Assembly: GCF_006345805.1 (NCBI RefSeq)
Contig: NC_043000.1
Coordinates: forward strand, 45,942,001-46,006,000
Source of the DNA: Octopus sinensis
Taxonomy: Eukaryota
Direction of reading: 5' to 3'
Length of the DNA stretch: 64,000 bases
The position numbers were made by a program, and so were the translations under genes. Shown in pieces: positions 11,046 to 22,723 of the stretch; the stretch's first letter is position 1, and the number at the start of each line of letters is the position of its first letter. The notes under the pieces are model-generated. The model did not search any database. It was not told the origin of the DNA and was given only the letters and a program-made list of their open reading frames with translations.

Positions 11046-11727
11046 CCTCCCTATTTTTGTCTTTATTTTCTTTTTGTTTTAAGCAGGTGTGTTGTTACAG
11101 AAGGGAGGACTTTGATGCTATTTCTAGTTAGTAAAAAGCTGCATAGAATCGTTTTTTTTTTTCTCTCCTACATTGCTGTAATTAATTACATTTTGTTTTG
11201 CAAAGTGTTAGCTTTATGCTATCTTCGTATATACATTAACACAAAAGCTGACCACACATTATCGGGTACTTATCAGTGTGATTAGTTAAGTAGTTGACTC
11301 ACCCATCCTTTTAACTTGTGGATACATAAATGCAAATAAAAGCAAAAACAAAAAAAAAATAACAAACCCATGAAACGTTACTCTAATCACTTTAACGATG
11401 GCTTCATCATATATCCATACTTCAGCATTGATTCTTCAAAAGTAGAGCAGAAATAGGAATGGACAGTTATTATAATAATCATATAAATAGTAAAAAAAGT
11501 AAAACCAGATAAATATCTTCTAAACCATTAGTGTTGCAGGTGGGAAATATATGCAGCTAGGAAGCATAATAGCTGTAGTAGATTAGTTCCAAGTTAACTC
11601 TGAGTAAGCATGACTTTGGTCAAAGGTATTCCAGCTCTGATCATCTCATATTTTTGTAGGGCTTTGATCAGTTAATGTTGACTATACAGGCCTGGGTTGG
11701 ACTTTTTGAGTGAAGACTAGTAGCCAA

Positions 11728-11905
11728 ATCATCATCGTTTAATGTCCATTTTCCATGCTAGCATGGGTTAGATGGTTCAACCGGGGTCTGGGAAGCAAGG
11801 AGGATGCACCAGGCTCCAGTCTGATCTGGCAGTGTTTCTACAGCTGGATGCCCTTCCTAATGCCAACCACTCCATGAGTGTAGTGGATGCCTTTTATGTG
11901 CCAGG
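11728..11905 (-). mobile_element. RTE-type LINE/SINE 3' tail ending in (GAT)n
   Basis: Reverse complement of the tail at ~14520-14710 (GGCATTAGGRAGGGCATCCARCTGTAGAAAC...GGACRTTAAACGA); further copies at ~20905-21060 and ~26615-26735. Confidence 0.75.
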
Positions 11906-12845
11906 GGAGGCACCATTTGATTTTTTGATGTTGAATGGAAATTGTAGCTGTGATACCTGTGCTGGTGGCTATGCATTAATTTCCTTCACCTCTTCATGTC
12001 ATCACCATTATCACTGTCGTTGTCATCATCATCATCGTCATCATTGTCGTCGTCATCATCATCCACCCGTTTTCTATGCTGGCATGGGTTGAATGCACTG
12101 ATCTTTGTTTAAAAGGAAGGCCACTGATCAGGACTAATACAGCTTATCACCACTGTCATCACAGGCATTCCTCTCAGAACACAAATAGCTAGAACAGATA
12201 ATTCTGGGTATGTCATCCAACCCTCCAACAATTCTGCCAATTCCCTGCTTTGAATTGGTACTTTATATCAACACCAGAAGATCGTTGCCTAATTTTAACT
12301 CAGTTACAGAGAAAGCTTTCATATCTTTGTATATCTAGGATAACATGAATCGATATTTACTTACTTTTATAAGAAAGAACAATGCAATTTAAGGGAGGTT
12401 TGACTGCTATTTCTAGTAGATCTAAGTAATCACGTTTGTTTATTCAACTTAGAACTTGTTGTCTTTTATACTGATAAAGAAATTCTGTTTCCACTTGATG
12501 TAACCAGGGGCATAAAATGTCATCACCAGTATAACTAAACCATTATCATCAGAGGTCACTGATAGTGAAAATTTCTCTTGGGCAAAGTATAGAATCTTAT
12601 AAGAGGGACTTACATATCCCAACTGCTAACTGACTGATGGTAACACACAATGGCCCATGATCGTGCTGAGCCAAAATAATTAGGTCTCTACTGCAGAAGA
12701 GGTTGTTTGCAAGTGAATGGAATGTGTGTGCTGGAAGAGAAGGCAAAAGCATGCTACAAGTTGCTGCTGTTTAGTCCAATATTAATGGTGTTTTTTATAT
12801 ATATATCACATCACACAGTCAAGTGTTTCTTCCCTTTAATAAGAT

Positions 12846-13165
12846 AAAGACCTCCTTTGGTCATGACTGACAATGGCGTTGTATCTAGAAAGTTCCTCTC
12901 CAAGGCACAAACCTGGGTATGGTTGTTTATGGAAGACCAACAGTTGCCCATGCATACCACCCTCCCCTCTCCTCTATGCCACTGATGTTAACCAAGGGAA
13001 AGATAAAGGCTGATATAGTTTCACACCAATGATGTTGCAATTGGTTTTTATACAGCAAAGTGAACTGGAACATCATGAAAATAAAGTGTCTTGCTCAAGA
13101 ACACAGCATGCGGCCTGGTCCAGAAATCAAACTCACTACTTCATAATTGGGAACCCGATGCACCT
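12846..13165 (-). mobile_element. SINE S3 copy
   Basis: Aligns with 6241-6551. Confidence 0.8.
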
Positions 13166-13389
13166 TTAATAAGATAGTAAGATGTGATTTGATGGATATT
13201 TGACTGTTATTTCTACTAGCTTGAGGAAACCTCATTTGCTTCTCCCATTAGGAAATTATTGTCCTTGGAGCAGACAAAGAAATTATGTTTTCGTATGATG
13301 TATGTGTGATCAAAGTATTTCATTTGTGATCATCCCATCTTCGAAGTGTTTATCATTACATTATATAATGCATTCTTCCCTCCTTTATT

Positions 13390-14299
13390 TTCGAATAAGA
13401 GAACGAAAGTCTGCCAAATGTCGACCCAACAGAAGGACCAGCTATCCAAATTGACAGTACCTTGGTAGATAAAGTATGAAGACAAATATGAAGACAAGGA
13501 AAGACCCTGGCTCATCAGGAATCACTGCAGAGATGCTTAAAATATCTGGCAGTGTTGAATATAATCTAGTCACCCGTATAGTCGATCAGGTAATATATGA
13601 AGGAGTCATACCCAATGACTGGTGTAGTAACACCATAGTCAGCTGCTATAAAAGTAAAAGTGATGCATTAGATATGAATAATTACAGAGGTATCAAGTTG
13701 TTGGATCAGGTAAAGAAAGTCACGGAGAGGGTCATAGCCCAACTAATTAGGGAGAGAGTCAGTCTAGATGAGATGCAGTTTTGGTTTGTGCCAGGGAAAA
13801 GCACCACTGGTAAGACAGCTACAGGAGAAATACCTTGCCAAAAATAAATCTCTGTACTTGGCTTTCATTGTCTTGGAGAAAGTCTTTGACAGGGTCCTCC
13901 CGATCCCTTATCTGGTGGTCAATGCAGAAACTAGGGATAGGCGAATGGTTAGTGAGAGCTGTGCAAGCCATGTACAGGGATACTGTCAGTAAGGTGAGGG
14001 TTGGCAATGAGTATAGTGAAGAATTCCAGGTAGGGGTAGGGGTCCACCAACAATCAATCCTTAGCCCCCTCTTATTCATCATAGTCCTCCAGGCAATAAC
14101 AGAGGAATTCAAGACAGGATGCCCCTGGGAGCTACCCTATGCTGATGACCTTGCTCTAATAGCTAAGTCACTATCAAAACTAGAGGAGAAGTTTCAAGTC
14201 TGGAAGCAAGGCCTAGAATCGAAGGGCCTTAGAGTCAATCTAGCAAAAACCAAAGTCTTAATAAGTAGGGAGGCAGATGAATCACAAATCCCTTCAGGT
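13390..14299 (+). pseudogene. RTE-clade LINE reverse transcriptase fragment (frameshifted)
   Basis: KDPGSSGITAEMLK..IPNDW..NYRGIKLL..QFWFVPGKSTT / LVRQLQEKY..AFIVLEKVFDRV / GVHQQSILSPLLF..LPYADDLALI..GLRVNLAKTKVL, covering RT motifs including YADD. Confidence 0.92.
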
Positions 14300-14712
14300 A
14301 GTCAAGTGAAGTCATTGTCATGGCTGATGACAGTACTACTTGATTGGTACCTGTGCCGGCAGAATGTAATAAGCACCATTCAAGCGTGATCGTTGCCTGT
14401 GGTGGCTGAGTGTGGTCGATACCAGTGCTGGCTGACTGGCCCCATGCTGGTGGCACATACAAAGCACCATTCAAGTGTGGTCAATGTCAGTATTGCCTGA
14501 TTGGCCCTCATGCTGGTGGCACATAAAAAGTATCCACTACACTCTCAGAATGCTTGGCATTAGGGAGGGCATCCAACTGTAGAAACTTAGCCAGATCAGA
14601 TTGGAGCCTGGTACAGCATTGTAGCTTGCCAGTCCGCAGTCAAATCGTCCAACACATACCAGCGTGAAAAGCGGACGTTAAACGACGGCGGCGATGATGA
14701 TGATGATGAGTG
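14300..14712 (+). mobile_element. RTE-associated 3' tail with internal ~65-100-bp tandem repeats and (GAT)n end
   Basis: Repeated AAGCACCATTCAAG...TGCTGGTGGCACATA units followed by the tail also seen at 11728-11905. Confidence 0.7.
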
Positions 14713-16387
14713 TGATTTGAAGAAGATTCGGCTGCAGTTCTATGAGTAAAGACACACTGTTGGTTCAAACACCCCAAATTAGTATCAAGTTTTAACTTAG
14801 GCATGAGGCCTGAAGTATTGGTTGGAGTAGTACTATTGATTAGACTGATCCTAATTCTTGACTGGTACTTTACTGCAAACCCAAACCCAAACCCAAAAAG
14901 CTGAATAGTAAAGTCTCTTTGGTAAGACACAAACTTAGAACACAAAATTTATGCAACTAAATATTGCAAAGTATTTTGCTGATTCTGCCATTAATGTTTG
15001 ATGAAGATTGTGCTTTGGTATTGATACAATCTCTAAACTGGGAGCTCACAGATGTTTTGTAAGATGTAATCTGATGTAAAGGATTGCTCAATTCTGTATA
15101 GTAATATGAAGAATCATGTTAAACCTGATGATGATGGTGATAAATGTAATACTATTGTTGCTGATGATAATTGTTGCTGTGGTAATAACAAGATGATAAT
15201 CATCATCATGATCATCATATTTAATTTTTAGGATTTTGTTGAATAAGCTTGATAAATTTAAAAATGATTCTTAGAAATTGCCAAAGGGAAACATATATTA
15301 AAATTTTGATTGACAATCACATTGCAAGATTGCATTTAAAAAAGTAATAATTTTTTCCCAAATAATAGGTGTCTTACTGAAAATAATGCAATTCTTTCAA
15401 ATATTTTGTATGTTATAACAAAAAACGAAATATTTCCTTTTGCTACAAGATTCGGAAAGTAAACACATGAATATGTCCTTGTTAAAGACTATATATTATG
15501 TTTTTATTCATTTTTTAAGAATATTTATATATTTAAATGCCATTTTGTTTAGTAATAAAGTTATCGTTTGCTATATTGTTGGCAGAAATTATATTGTTGT
15601 CCGGATTATAGTTTTAAAATTATGTTTACAAAATAGCAATTGTTGAAGCAAAACTCATAAGCTCAACTATTATTGAAACACTAGAATGAATCATGTCTGC
15701 AATGAAAGAATAAGAAATTGATGTATATCAACATATATGAATCAGTGTATGTTACTGTGTTTTTTTTATTACCTAATATGGAATGTAACCGTTCATAGAA
15801 ATTCTTGATATAATTTAGTTCAATATAAGAAAACTATTGTCTTGTCTTTAGCTATCCTATAATTCTTCATTAGTTTGCACTTATTGTTTAAGGCTATAAT
15901 TTCTACCTTTGGAAATTCTCTTTCTTACAATAATCATATCCAAAAGATAGTACATTTGAATATTTGCAGACCTTTTACTAAAACCTCTACACTTGAGTAG
16001 TACTCACTTACCAGAGCCAGTGTAGCTGCCACAGACAGATAGTTACACACACACACACACTCAAATACATACATACACACATAAACATACACATACACAT
16101 ACACACATGCCCATACATACTCACAGAGAGCTACACTGCATATAAAACTGTGGAAGTTAAAGGTCAAGATGAGCTGATCCACAAACTTTCTCTTATGAAC
16201 ACATTACAACGACTAACTGATGAGAGAGCCTGACATCTATGTGGCTGCACAGCCTCACTGGTAGAAATAACCAAATGCCCTTTACATAATATCATGCCAT
16301 CTTAAAAAGATGAAGGGCATTTTGAATAATGCCAACTTGGATTTTTTATGCCTGAAAAGTATATAGTCAATAAAGAAATTTCTACTC

Positions 16388-16710
16388 ACGTATGGCTTGG
16401 TGATTAAAGTATCAGGCTCACAATCATGAGATAGTGAATTTAATTCCTGGACCAAGCTGTGTGATGTGTTCTTGAGCAAGACACTTCATTTCACAATGCT
16501 GCAGTTCATTCAGCTGTAGAAATGAGTAGCAATGTCACTGGTGCCAAGCTGTATCAGCCTTTCCCTTGGATAACATTGGTAGCATGGAGAGTGAGGCTGG
16601 TATGCATGGATGATTGTTTGTCTTCCATAAACAACCTTGCCCAGACTTGTACCTCAGAGGGGAACTTTCTTGATGCAATCCCATTGCCATTTATGACTGA
16701 AGGAGGTTAC
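16388..16710 (+). mobile_element. SINE S3 copy
   Basis: Reverse-complement match to 6241-6551. Confidence 0.8.
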
Positions 16711-16795
16711 CTTCTTCTGCTTGACTTGCAAGAAATACCAGTTAAATTTCTTTCAAATCATATCCTAGAGATATAAAGAAATGGTAGACACATTA

Positions 16796-16991
16796 TTTCT
16801 TTATTGCCCACAAGGGGCTAGACATAGAGGGGACAAACAAAGAGATTAAGTCGATTACATCGACTCCCAGTACACAACTCCGAAAGGATGAAAGGCAAAG
16901 TCGACCTCGGCGTAATTTGAACTCAGAACATAACGGCAGAGGAAATACCCGCTAAGCATTTCGCCTGATGCGCTAACATTTCTGCCAGCTC
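16796..16991 (-). mobile_element. SINE family S2 (tRNA-like head; GGTCGACTTTGCCTTTCATCCTTTCGG central domain) with 13-bp TSD
   Basis: TSD GGTAGACACATTA at 16783-16795 and 16992-17004. The central domain resembles, from recall, the Meta/MESC-type SINE domain. Confidence 0.9.
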
Positions 16992-17993
16992 GGTAGACAC
17001 ATTACATAATGTAAACCTAAATACCTTTGAAAACTGAATGATTTTGATCATATGTTCATCTTATTAGAGTCGGCTTGGAGCTAAACAGCAACAACAATGT
17101 TTGAAAACAAAACAAAAAAAACAAAAAAAGAAAAGATGCTCAAATTCTGAAATAACTTTTGATCATAGATCTGCTCATTCAGAGCAAACAATAAAGCATG
17201 GCATTACAATCAAATTGCTATCATTAAAATTATATGGAACTGCTTTCGTTTGACCTGTTGTTGTTGCTCTCGCTGTTATTACTAAAAGTGCTGCCAAAAT
17301 CACAAAATCATTCTCATTACTATCAATGTCCATAGAGGCACCTCTATTACTGACTAAATCAATGTCCGCAGAAACATGACAGTTTCTTTGTTTCACTACG
17401 TATGTTCTTTGTTGTACAGATTTTTTCATTATATATTTGTTTGTTTGTTTGTTGTTGTCATTACTAAAGTTTTTCTTTGAGGAAGAATTACCTCTATCTC
17501 TCATCAACATCTTGTGTTGAATAAGCAAATTGATTCAGAAGCAGTTCAAAAATGTCTTTTTTCTGTCTTTTTTTTTTGTTTTTGTTTTAGCTTAGTCTGG
17601 CTATTAAAAAATAAAAGTAAACTTCTATTCTTTCTTTGTAATGGTTTTGTACAGTATAAAACAGGAATAAGGAAACATTAACTTTTGAGAGAAAAAAAAA
17701 ATCAACAAAATGTAGTTTAAACATGGCAATGATATACAACACACCTTGCCAGGACAGGAAACAATACGAACAAGAATGATGATGATGACAATGATTTTTA
17801 GCATAGGCTCAGTACCAGAAAACTAGGGTGAGAAGAACCATTTATTATAACTGATATCATTATTTAACAGATATATGTTATCAACGACATGAAATTCAAA
17901 GACAAAAGCTACATCAATAGGATTTGAATTCAAACTGGAGGATGTAATAAAATGTTGCATAGCAACATTATCATTATTATTATTATTATCATT

Positions 17994-18207
17994 AAGGTGA
18001 TGAGTTGGCAGAATTGATAGCACACAAGGCGAAATGCTTATCAGTATTTCATCTGCTGCTATGTTTTCAGTTCAAATTCCACCAAGGTTGACTTTGCCTT
18101 TCATCCTTTTGGGGATGATAAATTAAGAACCAGATGAGTACTGGGGTCGATGTAATCAACTTAAACCCACCCCCAAAATTTCAGGCTTTGTGCCTACAGT
18201 AGAAATG

Positions 18208-18240
<33 letters not shown>
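17994..18240 (+). mobile_element. SINE S2 copy with (ATT)n tail
   Basis: Head AAGGTGATGAGTTGGCAGAA, central domain, tail CCCCCAAAATTTCAGGCTTTGTGCC then (ATT)n. Confidence 0.85.
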
Positions 18241-18669
18241 GAGTGAGTGAGAGAGAGCAGTGCATGCCATCGAAGTGACATTGGAGTAAAATATACACGA
18301 AGCCCAGTATACCCATCATGACTACCTGTCTGATGAGGGTGCACTTGGCACATGCATCACAACCATATGTGCGCCTCATGGTGATCTCATATCAAGATAA
18401 ACAGTGTATGACCTTGCAGGTGGGGGCCCAGTTAGAATTTTCTTCTGGTTGAGTAGCTTATTCCATTCAAAAGGTCCCTGAATAAGGATTGTTTAAGGAT
18501 GTTCAAAGAACCACCCATGTTTTCAAAGGTGAAATACCCAAACCTCTAAGAATTCCTTTCAACACATGGCTACTTCTGCTCATGATCAGAAATGCTCATA
18601 TCGTCAGCCACTAAGGGACATGGTCAACTGGTTAAGGTCAAACAACTGACAAGAAAATCAGTGGTATTG
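18241..18669 (-). mobile_element. Repeat family X (SINE or LINE-tail-like, ~430 bp, (AAT)n tail), left copy
   Basis: Reverse complement of 18701-19136, diverged (roughly 80% by eye). Confidence 0.85.
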
Positions 18670-18700
18670 TGGTATCTTATGCAACTACTAACATTCTGCT

Positions 18701-19166
18701 CAATACCACAGATTTGCTTGTCAGTTGTTTGACCATAACCAGTTTAGCATGTCCCTTAGTGGCTGATGATATGTGCATCTCTGATCACGAGCAGAAGTAG
18801 TGAGGGAGCATCATAGCCATGTGTTGAGAGGGATTCTATGGGGTTTGAATAATTCACCTCTGGAAACATGGGTGTTTCATTCAACATCCTTAAACACCCC
18901 TTATTCAGGGACCTTTTGAGCAGGATGGGTTACTAGATCAGAAGAAAATTCTAACTGGGCCCCACCTGCAAGGTCATGGGCTGTTTATTTTGATATGAGA
19001 TCGTCATGTCGTGCACATATGGTTGTGATGCATATGCCTGGTGTACCCTTATCAGACGGGTAGTCATGATGGGTATACTGGACTTCGTATATTTTACCCC
19101 AGTGTCACTTTGATGGCATGCACTGCTCTCTCACTCAATAATAATAATAATAATAATAATAATAAT
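18701..19166 (+). mobile_element. Repeat family X, right copy
   Basis: Starts CAATACCACAGATTTG and ends CTCTCTCACTC(AAT)n. Confidence 0.85.
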
Positions 19167-19347
19167 CCTCTCTGCTATAGGTACAAAGTCTGAAATTATG
19201 GAGGAGGGGGGTCCCAGTACTCCTCTAGTACTTATTTCCTCAACCACAAATGGAAGAAGGCAAAGTTGAACTCAGAACATAAAAATGGATGAAATATCAC
19301 GAAGCATTTTGTGTAGCAAGCTAACAATTCTACCAGCTCACCACCTT
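19167..19347 (-). mobile_element. SINE S2 copy (decayed)
   Basis: Ends CCAGCTCACCACCTT (reverse complement of the S2 head); shares its tail with the (AAT)n tract. Confidence 0.75.
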
Positions 19348-20057
19348 AATAATAACGATGATAATAATAATTTCTAATATAGACATCTAGCCAGTATCTT
19401 ACCTGGAGGGAACAACTGAATATATCATACATTAGCCCATGTGTTGACTGGTATTTTATTTTATTGAGGGTAAACACGAGGCTTCATAATTGGGATGTAT
19501 AAGTATAGTCAATATTATTGACGATATTCTTGATTGGTAGTTATGTTATCAAACCCACAGTTAATAATAATTAAAGAACACTATCTTCCTTTGTTAAGCT
19601 ACTTAAATTTTTCTGGCCTTAAACTTCACACATTGCATTATATTTACAAAGAAAATTATTGGTTTTTGTATGAAATGTAAGAGTAGAAAATGTTTCACTA
19701 AAATCATTTTTCTTATCCACAGGACAAACTGTGTTTATTTTAAGTACCTACATACATTAATGTCCACTACCAATATGTTTTAAACATTAAAGACTCAGAG
19801 ACCGCTGGTCTATTTTTCACAGATATTTACTTGAATTATTGGAACAGCTAATGTGTTAGGATGAAGAGAGATGGCTAGAAAATAAGAAAAACTAATAGAC
19901 ATCTGAATCTATAGAATATCCTCCTTTTCTATTCCTATTCGTCATGATTCCTTCAGCTTCTACTATAATTTCTATGATCTAGGCATTTGCGTATGTGTGT
20001 GATTGTGTGTGTGTGTGTGTGTTTTTGTGTGTGTGTGTGTGTGTGTGGTTATTTTAG

Positions 20058-20181
20058 CACCTTCAGATCTTCTATACCTTGTGCACTATTCAACAACTAC
20101 GACAACAACAACAACAAACAGCAAGCAAATTGATAAAGCTGCTAATGCAGCAGTTATGAAGAATAACACATTATCTCAAAG
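20058..20181 (+). CDS. Candidate internal exon of an unidentified gene
   Basis: Acceptor ATTTTAG, strong donor AAG|GTGAGT, open frame PSDLLYLVHYSTTTTTTTTNSKQIDKAANAAVMKNNTLSQ(R); phase-compatible with 20512-20578. Confidence 0.3.
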
Positions 20182-20511
20182 GTGAGTGGTTGTAGGAATG
20201 TCATACGCTCTAAAACATCTGCTTGTGTACAATAAACTAATACGAATGGCACTGGTATGAATTATGCCAGTCATTTACACAATGGTAGCAGCAGCAGTTG
20301 CTACTTCTATGTTAATAAATAACAAAGCCAGATCCTATTCAAAATCTGCTGCAAATAGATGGAGAGAGTATTACAAAATCCATTAAAAAGCATTGAGAGA
20401 CACATAGATTTATAAGTTCCATTTTCGATATTGATTTGTATCTTGAATCCCATTGCCTGATCTTGTGTTGTGTCTACGAGATTCAATTCCGTGTATGTTG
20501 TTTAAAATTAG

Positions 20512-20578
20512 AATTAGCTATGATATGTCAATATATCCTCAAAGTGATAATGAGGAAAGACAGGAAATTGAAAACAAG
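20512..20578 (+). CDS. Candidate internal exon of an unidentified gene
   Basis: Acceptor AAAATTAG, donor AAG|GTTAGT, frame (R)ISYDMSIYPQSDNEERQEIENK continuing from 20058-20181. Confidence 0.3.
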
Positions 20579-20739
20579 GTTAGTGCTAGGTTTGCTTTTC
20601 TTCTTCATTTTCCTCAACCTTGTGTTTTCCCTTTGGAGTTAAAAATTTTGACTTTTCTTTCAATACAGCAAGACTGTTTCTCTGATTGTGGTCGTGGATA
20701 TAAACATACATATGTATGTATATATATATATATATATGA

Positions 20740-20771
<32 letters not shown>

Positions 20772-21419
20772 GCACACAAACATATTTCTATGTATGTGTT
20801 GTTTTGTCTATTTTATGGCACAAAAGTTTACAATGTCTGAAGACTATTTCAACAAAACCTTGGTGAAGATAACATGCAAACCCATTTAATTTCATCATCA
20901 TCATAATTATAATTGTTATCATCATTTAAAGTCCATTTTCCCAATGTCTGACCATCCAACATGGGTTGGATGGTTAGACTTCAGCTCTACTATCAGCTTT
21001 GGCATGGTTTCTCTGACTGGGTACCACTCCTGATGCTAACCACTGAACAGATTGCCAGGCAATATATCTATTGTTTAGCCTATGATGAACCATGATTCTT
21101 CAGACCTATTGTTCAACGTTCTCTCATCATATCCATGTCATCTTTATTTCACAACATAATGTATCTAGGAGTACATTACATCTAAAGTGTTATTAGTTGT
21201 TATTTGTTGGTTTGTTTTTTTGGCTCTGTGTTGACCTTGAGTAAACAAAACTAAAATCAAAATTGTTCCAATTATGACCATTTCTTCTTTTTTAATGATG
21301 TAATGTATGGTTTGAAAGAGATTTGGTTGCAATTTCTAATACTCCAAGTAACCACTTAAAGGATCACTCATTAGCTCAGTGTCTTGTTTTTAACTTAGTC
21401 CAGTATGAGAGATATGGCT

Positions 21420-21730
21420 GGCATCTTGAGAAATTTGAGGAACCATACAAAAATCCCTTATACACAAAATTCTTCATCTGAGCTACTGGGAGAGACTAAA
21501 AGAACTCCCTGGGAAAGATATGTGCTGATATATATATATATGAAAGATCCTAGAAGGGCTTAACGCAAAACTTTGACAATGAGACTTATACCTGCCCTTG
21601 AACAGGACATCACTGACCTGCTCCAAAGGCCCCACCCATTCCATCTAAACTGAGAACTAAGTACTGCAATAGCTTGGGATTCAAAGACCTATAGCCATAA
21701 ATCCTGACAGATCAACACAGTGTAGTGAAC
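21420..21730 (+). pseudogene. CR1/L2-type LINE ORF2 C-terminal fragment
   Basis: SYWERLKEL..RYVLIYIY..KILEGL..TKYCNSLGFK, matching the recalled post-RT region of CR1/L2-group LINEs. Confidence 0.65.
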
Positions 21731-21975
21731 AGATGTTTTTAAGCAGTAGCTTGACCAATGCAAGTAACTCAAAAAATCAGACTCCTTCCTTCACCAAAAG
21801 CCAACAATAGGAGAATAGCCATTGAAAAGGTGATGACATTGGTGGTGCCCCAGCATGGCCATGGTCTTTGAGTTGAAATGTGTAAAGGAATCTTTTCTAA
21901 AACTATGATGGAATTAAAAGGTAAAATAAATGCTTATACAGTTTGATATTAGTTATCTTGATGATATTCTGAATA

Positions 21976-22387
21976 GGCACAGGAGTGGCTGTGTGGTAAG
22001 TAGCTTGCTTATCAACCACATGGGTATGGGTTCAGTCCCTCTGCACGGCACTTTAGGGAAGTGTCTTCTACTATAGCCTCAGGCCGACCAAAGTCTTGTG
22101 TGTGGATTTGGTAGTCGGAAACTGAAAGAAGCCCATCATATATATGTATATATGTACGTATGTTTGTGTATATGTTTGTATGTCTGTCTTTGTCCCTCCA
22201 GCATCACTTGACAACCGATGCTGGTGTGTTTATGTCCCTGTAACTTAGCAGTTCGGCAAAAGAGACTGATAGAATAAGTGCTAGGCTTACAAAGAATAAG
22301 TTCTGGGGTCGATTTGCTCAACTAAAGGTGGTGCCCCAGCATGGCCACAGTCAAATGACTGAAACAAGTAAAAGAATAAAAGAATAA
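21976..22387 (+). mobile_element. SINE S1 copy
   Basis: Full-length match. Confidence 0.9.
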
Positions 22388-22615
22388 TGGCATCACATCA
22401 CATTAATGATGCAATCTAAGGAAATAACTGTACAGTTAACACACCAAAAATAAAAATCATTAATGGAGGCATTCATCTTCAATCCAAAAAGATTACATGT
22501 AATTTACTACTGTCTTATCCAGGAGGAGATTTATCTTTTGCAGTGTGGAAGGTGTTTATAAGCCACTTAAGAAACACACAAAAACCTTTAGATTCACTTC
22601 AACATTTAAATTTAA

Positions 22616-22666
22616 TTTGTCAAAATATTTTCGTCGCTTTGAGACCACAACCTGTTCACTGAAAAA
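22616..22666 (-). ncRNA. Hammerhead motif F1 with G3:C8-swapped core
   Basis: Minus strand: TTTTTCA-GTGAACA-G-GTTGT(ggtctcaaa)GCGAC-GAAA-ATAT-T-T-TGACAAA. Stem I 6 of 7 bp, stem II 5 bp with two G.U, self-complementary stem III AATATT. Confidence 0.6.
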
Positions 22667-22677
22667 ATTCCGTGCTG

Positions 22678-22723
22678 CAGTGAACAGGTTGCAGTCGCAA
22701 ACCGACGAAAATATTTTGACAAA
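22678..22723 (+). ncRNA. Hammerhead motif F2 with G3:C8-swapped core (stem I 5' strand cut by the inversion junction)
   Basis: CA-GTGAACA(22680-22686)-G-GTTG..CGAC-GAAA(22707-22710)-ATAT-T-T-TGACAAA. Confidence 0.5.

Noticed and set aside
17175-17528. 117-aa minus-strand ORF with a hydrophobic stretch
   Set aside because: The N-terminal half is low-complexity (AAC/AAAC repeats), there is no recognisable domain, and no convincing splice context.
16215-18800. CTGAYGA motifs at ~16217, ~18331, ~18602 (-) and ~18764 (also ~58157)
   Set aside because: Each lacks a correctly placed GAAA or a complementary stem I; 7-mers like this are expected by chance.
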